Part shown: positions 55,301-64,000 of the stretch, piece after piece | Numbering within the stretch: the first letter of the stretch is position 1 | Layout of the letters: each line of letters begins with the position of its first letter | DNA from: the human T2T-CHM13v2.0 reference genome, Homo sapiens | Reading direction: 5' to 3' (one strand) | Assembly: GCF_009914755.1 (NCBI RefSeq) | Contig: NC_060927.1 | Length of the DNA stretch: 64,000 nt | Program-made: the position numbers and the translations under genes | The notes under the pieces: model-generated | Database searches by the model: none | What the model saw: only the letters and a program-made list of their open reading frames with translations | What the model was told of the DNA's origin: nothing

Positions 55301-57825
55301 AACTCTCTGATTTGAATACATACATCCCAAAAGAAGTTACTGAGAATTCTTCTGTCTAGCATTATGTGAAGAAATCCCGTTTCCAACGAAAGCCTCAAAG
55401 AGGTCCAAATATCCAGTTGCAGAATTTACAAACTGACTGTTTCCAAACTCATCTATGAAAAGAAAGGTTAAACTCTGTGAGTTGAATGCACATATCACAA
55501 AGTAGTTCCTGAGAATGATTCTGTCTAGTTTTTATACGAAGTTATTTCCTTTTCCACCAATGGCCTCAAAGTGCTTGAAATCTCCCCTTGCAAATTCCAC
55601 AGACAAGTGTTTCAAATCTGCACTGTCTAAAGGAAGGTTCAACCCTGTGAGTTGAATACACACACACACAGAAAAAAATTCACTGAGAATTCTATTGTCT
55701 ATCATTACACGAAGAAATCCCGTTTACTACGAAGGCCTCAAAGAGGTCCAAATATCCAGCTGCAGACATTACAAACTGAGTGTTTCCAAAGTGCTCTATG
55801 AGAAGAAGTGTTAAACACTGTGAGTTCAATGCACACATCCCAAAGCAGTTTCTGAGAATGATTCCGTCTATTTTTTCTACGAAGATATTTCCTTTTCTAC
55901 CGTTGGCCTCAAAGCGCTTGAAATCTCCACTTGCAAATTCCACAAAAAGAGAGTTTCAAATCTGCTCTGTCTAAAGGAAGGTTCAACTCTGTGAGTTGAA
56001 TACACACCACAAAAAGAAGTTACTGAGAATTCTTCTGTCTAGCATTATATGAAAAATCCCATTTCCAACGAAGGCCACAAAGAGGTCCAAATATCCACTT
56101 GCAGATTCTGCAAAAAGAGTGTTTCCAAACTGCTCTATGAAAAGAAACGTTAAACTCTGTGAGTTGAACGCAAACATCACAAAGTAGTTTCTGAGAATGA
56201 CTCCGTCTAGTTTTTATACGAAGATATTTCCTTTCCTACCATTCACTTCAAAGCGCTTGAAGTCTCCCCCTGAAAATTCCACAAAAAGTGTTTCCAATCT
56301 GCTCCGCCTAAAGGAAGCTTCAACTCTGTGAGTTGAATACCCACAACCCAAAGAAGTTACTGAGAATTCTTCTGTCTAGCATTATATGAAGAAATCCCGT
56401 TTCCAACGAAGGCCTCAAATACATCCAAATATCCAGTTGCTGACTTTTCAAACTGAGTGTTTCCAAACTGCTCTATGAAAAGAAAGGTTAAACACTGTGA
56501 GTTGAACACACACGTACCAAAGTAGTTTCTGAGAATGATTCTGTCTAGTTTGCATACGAAGATATTTCCTTTTCTACCATTGGCCTCAAAGCTCTGAAAT
56601 CTCCACTTGCAAATTCCACAAAAAGAGAGTTTCAAATCTGCTGTTTCTAAAGGAAAGTTCAACTCGGAGAGTTGAATACACACCAGAAAAAGCAGTTACT
56701 GAGAAGTCTTCTGTCTAGCATTATATGAAGAAATCCCATTTCCAACGAAGACTTCAAAGAGGTCCAAATATCCACTTGCAGATTCTGCAAAAAGAGTGTT
56801 TCGAAACAACTGTATGAAAAGAAAGGTTAAACACTGTGAGTTGAACGCACACATTGCAAAGCAGTTTCTGAGAATGATTCCGTCTAATTATTATACGAAG
56901 GTATTTCCTTTTCTATCATTGGCCTCAAAGCGCTTGATACCTCCACCTGAAAATTCCACAAAAAGAGTGTTTCCAATCTACTCTGTCTAAAGGAACGTTC
57001 AACTCTGTGAGTTGAATACACACACACAGAAAGAATTCACTTAGAATTCTTCTGTCTGGCATTACATGAAGAAATCCCGTTTCCAACGAAGGCCTCAAAG
57101 AGGTCCAAATATCCACTTGCAGATTCTGCAAAAAGAGTGTTTCAAAACCGCTCTATTAAAAGGAATGTGGAACTCTGTGAGATGAATGCAAACATCACAA
57201 CTCAGTTTCTGAGAATGCTTCTGACTAGATTTTATGGTAAGATATTTCCTTTTCTACCGTAGGCTTCAATGCCCTCTAAATACACCCTTGCAAATTCTAC
57301 AAAGAGACTGTTTCATAACTGCTCTATAGGAAGAAAGGTTGAACTCTGTGAGTTGAATGCAGAGATCACAACGTGGTTTCTGCGAATGATTCTTTGTAGT
57401 TTTTACATGAAGATATTTCGTTGTCAACCGTAGGCTTCAAAGCACTCAAAGTATTCACTTGGAACTTTTACAAAAAGAGTGTTAGAAAACTGCTCTTTCC
57501 AAAGTAAGTTTCAACTCTGTGAGTTGAATGCACACATAACAATCAAGAAGTTTCTGAGAATTCTTCTGTCCTGGTTTATATGAAAAAATCCCGTATCCAA
57601 CGAAGGCCTCAAAGACGTTTAAATATCCACTTGCAGACTTCACAAACAGAGTGTTTCCAAACTGCTCTATGAAAAGAAAGGTTAAACTCTGTGAGTTGAA
57701 CGCACATATCACAAAGTAGTTTCTGAGAATGATACTGTCTAGTTTTTATACGAAGATATTTCCTTTCTACCATTGGCGTCAAAGCGCTAGAATTCTCCAC
57801 TTGCAAATTCCACAAAAAGAGTGTT
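43361..57825 (-). repeat. HOR copies U16-U20, five 2893-bp units (+1 CA dinucleotide)
   Basis: gaat(ac)6ag replaces gaat(ac)5ag at ~44085, ~46978, ~49871, ~52764 and ~55657. ORF offsets step by 2893. Confidence 0.95.
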
Positions 57826-60800
57826 TCCAATCTGCTCTGTCTCAAGGAAGGTTCAACTCTGTGAGTTGAATACACACACACAAAGAAGCTACTGAGAATT
57901 CTTTTGTCAAGAATTATAAGACGAAATCCCGTTTCCAACGAAGGCCTCAAAGAGTTCCAAATATCCACTTGCACACTGTACAAACTAAGTCTTTCCAAAC
58001 TGCTCTATGCAAAGAAATGTTCAACTCTGTGAGTTTAATACACACATCACAAAGCAGTTTCTGAGAATGATACTGTCTAGTTTTTATACGAAGATATTTC
58101 CTTTTGTACCATTGGCCTCATACTGCTAGAATTTTCCACTTGCAAATCCCACAAAAAGAGTGTTTCCAATCCGCTCTGTCTAAAGGAAGGTTCAACTCTC
58201 TGATTTGAATACATACATCCCAAAAGAAGTTACTGAGAATTCTTCTGTCTAGCATTATGTGAAGAAATCCCGTTTCCAACGAAAGCCTCAAAGAGGTCCA
58301 AATATCCAGTTGCAGAATTTACAAACTGACTGTTTCCAAACTCATCTATGAAAAGAAAGGTTAAACTCTGTGAGTTGAATGCACATATCACAAAGTAGTT
58401 CCTGAGAATGATTCTGTCTAGTTTTTATACGAAGATATTTCCTTTTCCACCAATGGCCTCAAAGTGCTTGAAATCTCCCCTTGCAAATTCCACAGACAAG
58501 TGTTTCAAATCTGCACTGTCTAAAGGAAGGTTCAACCCTGTGAGTTGAATACACACACACAGAAAAAAATTCACTGAGAATTCTATTGTCTATCATTACA
58601 CGAAGAAATCCCGTTTACTACGAAGGCCTCAAAGAGGTCCAAATATCCAGCTGCAGACATTACAAACTGAGTGTTTCCAAAGTGCTCTATGAAAAGAAGT
58701 GTTAAACACTGTGAGTTCAATGCACACATCCCAAAGCAGTTTCTGAGAATGATTCCGTCTATTTTTTCTACGAAGATATTTCCTTTTCTACCGTTGGCCT
58801 CAAAGCGCTTGAAATCTCCACTTGCAAATTCCACAAAAAGAGAGTTTCAAATCTGCTCTGTCTAAAGGAAGGTTCAACTCTGTGAGTTGAATACACACCA
58901 CAAAAAGAAGTTACTGAGAATTCTTCTGTCTAGCATTATATGAAAAATCCCGTTTCCAACGAAGGCCACAAAGAGGTCCAAATATCCACTTGCAGATTCT
59001 GCAAAAAGAGTGTTTCCAAACTGCTCTATGAAAAGAAACGTTAAACTCTGTGAGTTGAACGCAAACATCACAAAGTAGTTTCTGAGAATGACTCCGTCTA
59101 GTTTTTATACGAAGATATTTCCTTTCCTACCGTTCACTTCAAAGCGCTTGAAGTCTCCCCTTGAAAATTCCACAAAAAGTGTTTCCAATCTGCTCCGCCT
59201 AAAGGAAGCTTCAACTCTGTGACTTGAATACCCACAACCCAAAGAAGTTACTGAGAATTCTTCTGTCTAGCATTATATGAAGAAATCCCGTTTCCAACGA
59301 AGGCCTCAAATACATCCAAATATCCAGTTGCTGACTTTACAAACTGAGTGTTTCCAAACTGCTCTATGAAAAGAAAGGTTAAACACTGTGAGTTGAACAC
59401 ACACGTACCAAAGTAGTTTCTGAGAATGATTCTGTCTAGTTTGCATACGAAGATATTTCCTTTTCTACCAGTGGCCTCAAAGCTCTGAAATCTCCACTTG
59501 CAAATTCCACAAAAAGAGAGTTTCAAATCTGCTGTTTCTAAAGGAAAGTTCAACTCTGAGAGTTGAATACACACCAGAAAAAGCAGTTACTGAGAAGTCT
59601 TCTGTCTAGCATTATATGAAGAAATCCCATTTCCAACGAAGACTTCAAAGAGGTCCAAATATCCACTTGCAGATTCTGCAAAAAGAGTGTTTCGAAACAA
59701 CTGTATGAAAAGAAAGGTTAAACACTGTGAGTTGAACGCACACATTGCAAAGCAGTTTCTGAGAATGATTCCGTCTAATTATTATACGAAGGTATTTCCT
59801 TTTCTATCATTGGCCTCAAAGCGCTTAATACCTCCACCTGAAAATTCCACAAAAAGAGTGTTTCCAATCTACTCTGTCTAAAGGAACGTTCAACTCTGTG
59901 AGTTGAATACACACACACAGAAAGAATTCACTGAGAATTCTTCTGTCTGGCATTACATGAAGAAATCCCGTTTCCAACGAAGGCCTCAAAGAGGTCCAAA
60001 TATCCACTTGCAGATTCTGCAAAAAGAGTGTTTCAAAACCGCTCCATTAAAAGGAATGTTGAACTCTGTGAGTTGAATGCAAACATCACAACTCAGTTTC
60101 TGAGAATGCTTCTGACTAGATTTTATGGTAAGATATTTCCTTTTCTACCGTAGGCTTCAATGCCCTCTAAATACACCCTTGCAAATTCTACAAAGAGACT
60201 GTTTCATAACTGCTCTATAGGAAGAAAGGTTGAACTCTGTGAGTTGAATGCAGAGATCACAACGTGGTTTCTGCGAATGATTCTTTGTAGTTTTTACATG
60301 AAGATATTTCGTTGTCAACCGTAGGCTTCAAAGCACTCAAAGTATTCACTTGGAACTTTTACAAAAAGAGTGTTAGAAAACTGCTCTTTCCAAAGTAAGT
60401 TTCAACTCTGTGAGTTGAATGCACACATAACAATCAAGAAGTTTCTGAGAATTCTTCTGTCCTGGTTTATATGAAAATATCCCGTTTCCAACGAAGGCCT
60501 CAAAGACGTTTAAATATCCACTTGCAGACTTCACAAACAGAGTGTTTCCAAACTGCTCTATGAAAAGAAAGGTTAAACTCTGTGAGTTGAACGCACACAT
60601 CACAAAGTAGTTTCTGAGAATGATACTGTCTAGTTTTTATACGAAGATATTTCCTTTCTACCATTGGCGTCAAAGCGCTAGAATTCTCCACTTGCAAATT
60701 CCACAAAAAGAGTGTTTCCAATCTGCTCTGTCTCAAGGAAGGTTCAACTCTGTGAGTTGAATACACACACTCAAAGAAGCTACTGAGAATTCTTTTGTCA

Positions 60801-63607
60801 AGAATTATAAGAAGAAATCCCGTTTCCAACGAAGGCCTCAAAGAGTTCCAAATATCCACTTGCACACTGTACAAACTAAGTCTTTCCAAACTGCTCTATG
60901 CAAAGAAATGTTCAACTCTGTGAGTTTAATACACACATCACAAAGCAGTTTCTGAGAATGATACTGTCTAGTTTTTATACGAAGATATTTCCTTTTGTAC
61001 CATTGGCCTCATACTGCTAGAATTTTCCACTTGCAAATTCCACAAAAAGAGTGTTTCCAATCCGCTCTGTCTAAAGGAAGGTTCAACTCTCTGATTTGAA
61101 TACATACATCCCAAAAGAAGTTACTGAGAATTCTTCTGTCTAGCATTATGTGAAGAAATCCCGTTTCCAACGAAAGCCTCAAAGAGGTCCAAATATCCAG
61201 TTGCAGAATTTACAAACTGACTGTTTCCAAACTCATCTATGAAAAGAAAGGTTAAACTCTGTGAGTTGAATGCACATATCACAAAGTAGTTCCTGAGAAT
61301 GATTCTGTCTAGTTTTTATACGAAGATATTTCCTTTTCCACCAATGGCCTCAAAGTGCTTGAAATCTCCCCTTGCAAATTCTACAGACAAGTGTTTCAAA
61401 TCTGCACTGTCTAAAGGAAGGTTCAACCCTGTGAGTTGAATACACACACACAGAAACAAATTCACTGAGAATTCTATTGTCTATCATTACACGAAGAAAT
61501 CCCGTTTACTACGAAGGCCTCAAAGAGGTCCAAATATCCAGCTGCAGACATTACAAACTGAGTGTTTCCAAAGTGCTCTATGAAAAGAAGTGTTAAACAC
61601 TGTGAGTTCAATGCACACATCCCAAAGCAGTTTCTGAGAATGATTCCGTCTATTTTTTCTACGAAGATATTTCCTTTTCTGCCGTTGGCCTCAAAGCGCT
61701 TGAAATCTCCACTTGCAAATTCCACAAAAAGAGAGTTTCAAATCTGCTCTGTCTAAAGGAAGGTTCAACTCTGTGAGTTGAATACACACCACAAAAAGAA
61801 GTTACTGAGAATTCTTCTGTCTAGCATTATATGAAAAATCCCGTTTCCAACGAAGGCCACAAAGAGGTCCAAATATCCACTTGCAGATTCTGCAAAAAGA
61901 GTGTTTCCAAACTGCTCTATGAAAAGAAACGTTAAACTCTGTGAGTTGAACGCAAACATCACAAAGTAGTTTCTGAGAATGACTCCGTCTAGTTTTTATA
62001 CGAAGATATTTCCTTTCCTACCATTCACTTCAAAGCGCTTGAAGTCTCCCCCTGAAAATTCCACAAAAAGTGTTTCCAATCTGCTCCGCCTAAAGGAAGC
62101 TTCAACTCTGTGAGTTGAATACCCACAACCCAAAGAAGTTACTGAGAATTCTTCTGTCTAGCATTATATGAAGAAATCCCGTTTCCAACGAAGGCCTCAA
62201 ATACATCCAAATATCCAGTTGCTGACTTTACAAACTGAGTGTTTCCAAACTGCTCTATGAAAAGAAAGGTTAAACACTGTGAGTTGAACACACACGTACC
62301 AAAGTAGTTTCTGAGAATGATTCTGTCTAGTTTGCATACGAAGATATTTCCTTTTCTACCATTGGCCTCAAAGCTCTGAAATCTCCACTTGCAAATTCCA
62401 CAAAAAGAGAGTTTCAAATCTGCTGTTTCTAAAGGAAAGTTCAACTCTGAGAGTTGAATACACACCAGAAAAAGCAGTTACTGAGAAGTCTTCTGTCTAG
62501 CATTATATGAAGAAATCCCATTTCCAACGAAGACTTCAAAGAGGTCCAAATATCCACTTGCAGATTCTGCAAAAAGAGTGTTTCGAAACAACTGTATGAA
62601 AAGAAAGGTTAAACACTGTGAGTTGAACGCACACATTGCAAAGCAGTTTCTGAGAATGATTCCGTCTAATTATTATACGAAGGTATTTCCTTTTCTATCA
62701 TTGGCCTCAAAGCGCTTGATACCTCCACCTGAAAATTCCACAAAAAGAGTGTTTCCAATCTACTCTGTCTAAAGGAACGTTCAACTCTGTGAGTTGAATA
62801 CACACACACAGAAAGAATTCACTGAGAATTCTTCTGTCTGGCATTACATGAAGAAATCCCGTTTCCAACGAAGGCCTCAAAGAGGTCCAAATATCCACTT
62901 GCAGATTCTGCAAAAAGAGTGTTTCAAAACCGCTCCATTAAAAGGAATGTTGAACTCTGTGAGTTGAATGCAAACATCACAACTCAGTTTCTGAGAATGC
63001 TTCTGACTAGATTTTATGGTAAGATATTTCCTTTTCTACCGTAGGCTTCAATGCCCTCTAAATACACCCTTGCAAATTCTACAAAGAGACTGTTTCATAA
63101 CTGCTCTATAGGAAGAAAGGTTGAACTCTGTGAGTTGAATGCAGAGATCACAACGTGGTTTCTGCGAATGATTCTTTGTAGTTTTTACATGAAGATATTT
63201 CGTTGTCAACCGTAGGCTTCAAAGCACTCAAAGTATTCACTTGGAACTTTTACAAAAAGAGTGTTAGAAAACTGCTCTTTCCAAAGTAAGGTTCTACTCT
63301 GTGAGTTGAATGCACACATAACAATCAAGAAGTTTCTGAGAATTCTTCTGTCCTGGTTTATATGAAAAAATCCCGTTTCCAATGAAGGCCTCAAAGACGT
63401 TTAAATATCCACTTGCAGACTTCACAAACAGAGTGTTTCCAAACTGCTCTATGAAAAGAAAGGTTAAACTCTGTGAGTTGAACGCACACATCACAAAGTA
63501 GTTTCTGAGAATGATACTGTCTAGTTTTTATACGAAGATATTTCCTTTCTACCATTGGCGTCAAAGCGCTAGAATTCTCCACTTGCAAATTCCACAAAAA
63601 GAGTGTT
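57826..63607 (-). repeat. HOR copies U21-U22, 2891 bp each
   Basis: ORF offsets 58583 and 61474; the (ac)5 allele is restored. Confidence 0.95.
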
Positions 63608-64000
63608 TCCAATCTGCTCTGTCTAAAGGATACTTCAACTCTGTGAGTTGAATACACACACACAAAGAAGCTACTGAGAATTCTTTTGTCAAGTATTATA
63701 AGACGAAATCCCGTTTCCAACGAAGGCCTCAAAGAGTTCCAAATATCCACTTGCACACTGTACAAACTAAGTCTTTCCAAACTGCTTTATGCAAAGAAAT
63801 GTTCAACTCTGTGAGTTTAATGCACACATCACAAAGCAGTTTCTGAGAATGATTCCGTCTAGTTTTTATACGAAGATAGCCTTTTCTACCATTGGCCTCA
63901 AGGCTTTTGAAATCTCCACCTGAAAATTCCACAAAAAGCGTGTTTCCAATCCGCTCTGTCTAAAGGAAGGTTCAACACACTGAGTTGAATACATACATCC
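63608..64000 (-). repeat. Partial, markedly divergent HOR copy U23 (about 2.3 monomers)
   Basis: In register with U1 positions 1-395 but carries many substitutions and a 2-bp deletion, e.g. gaagatagccttttctaccattggcctcaaggcttttgaaatctccacctgaaaa. Confidence 0.9.

Larger units (their letters stand above)
1..63607 (-). repeat. D3Z1: Probable human chromosome 3 centromeric HOR D3Z1 (17-mer, ~2.9 kb, dimeric SF1/SF01-type)
   Basis: Seen: 17 monomers per 2891 bp, CENP-B box positions in alternate monomers, EcoRI sites at ~340-bp spacing, and a constant HindIII site per unit (1381-1386 in U1). Known: D3Z1 is a 17-mer ~2.9-kb dimeric HOR. The chromosome assignment was not verified by alignment. Confidence 0.88.
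1..64000 (-). repeat. Alpha-satellite (alphoid) centromeric higher-order repeat array; ~171-bp monomers, 17-mer HOR, ~22.1 copies
   Basis: Hallmark alphoid motifs (ctctgtgagttgaa, ttctgagaat, tcccgtttccaacgaag) recur every ~170/340 bp. The opening sequence tccaatctgctctgtct(a/c)aagga followed by gaagctactgagaattcttttgtcaag recurs at 2892, 5783, 8674 ... 63608. The ORF track repeats with a period of 2891 (758, 3649, 6540, 9431 ...). 2891/17 is about 170 bp. Confidence 0.99.

Noticed and set aside
758-63932. About 170 short ORFs (62-129 aa) on both strands
   Set aside because: They are translations of alpha-satellite monomers, recur with the HOR period, overlap each other in several frames and show no recognisable domain. 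Their gain or loss tracks single SNVs. Similar hypothetical proteins in databases would most likely be satellite-derived artefacts.
1-64000. CRISPR-like repeat/spacer appearance (conserved ctctgtgagttgaa or tcccgtttccaacgaag words separated by variable sequence)
   Set aside because: The intervening sequences are homologous monomer bodies that repeat every 2891 bp, not unique spacers. The period is 171 bp, and there are no cas genes or leader.
63850-64000. Mobile element insertion or non-satellite junction at the right end
   Set aside because: The sequence remains alphoid and in monomer register, with no poly(A), target-site duplication, or Alu/L1/HSat signature.
1-64000. Promoters, terminators or ncRNA genes (centromeric transcripts), and short palindromes such as gaattc and aagcgctt as cruciform sites
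   Set aside because: Alpha-satellite transcription is known, but no defined gene or start site is supportable from sequence. The palindromes are 6-8 bp and unremarkable without folding calculations.
1-64000. A previously undescribed biological system
   Set aside because: Every base is explained by a well-known satellite family. The novelty is limited to local variant structure and the divergent right end.

Overview
The whole 64 kb window is one uninterrupted tandem array of primate (human-type) centromeric alpha-satellite DNA. It consists of ~171-bp monomers organised as a 17-monomer higher-order repeat (HOR) of 2891 bp, present as 22 complete copies plus the start of a 23rd, all in one orientation (CENP-B boxes read on the - strand). 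A 17-mer/~2.9-kb HOR with dimeric A/B alternation best matches the human chromosome 3 array D3Z1; this assignment is from prior knowledge, not from a search. Each HOR has 8 B-type box positions (7 keep the CENP-B core, 1 is fixed-dead) and 9 A-type monomers. I see no genes, RNA genes, transposon insertions or inversions, and the ORF track is an artefact of the repeat. I find no evidence of a new biological system. The points of interest are array-evolution signals: nested HOR haplotype blocks, local duplications, a (CA)n-marked 2893-bp variant, CpG decay of CENP-B boxes, an internal 4-monomer duplication, and an abrupt switch to a divergent monomer in the last ~400 bp that may mark an array edge. 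Unit numbering used below (U = HOR copy phased from base 1) starts at: U1 1, U2 2892, U3 5783, U4 8674, U5 11565, U6 14451, U7 17342, U8 20233, U9 23124, U10 26015, U11 28906, U12 31797, U13 34688, U14 37579, U15 40470, U16 43361, U17 46254, U18 49147, U19 52040, U20 54933, U21 57826, U22 60717, U23 63608. Variants were read by eye, so the lists may be incomplete.
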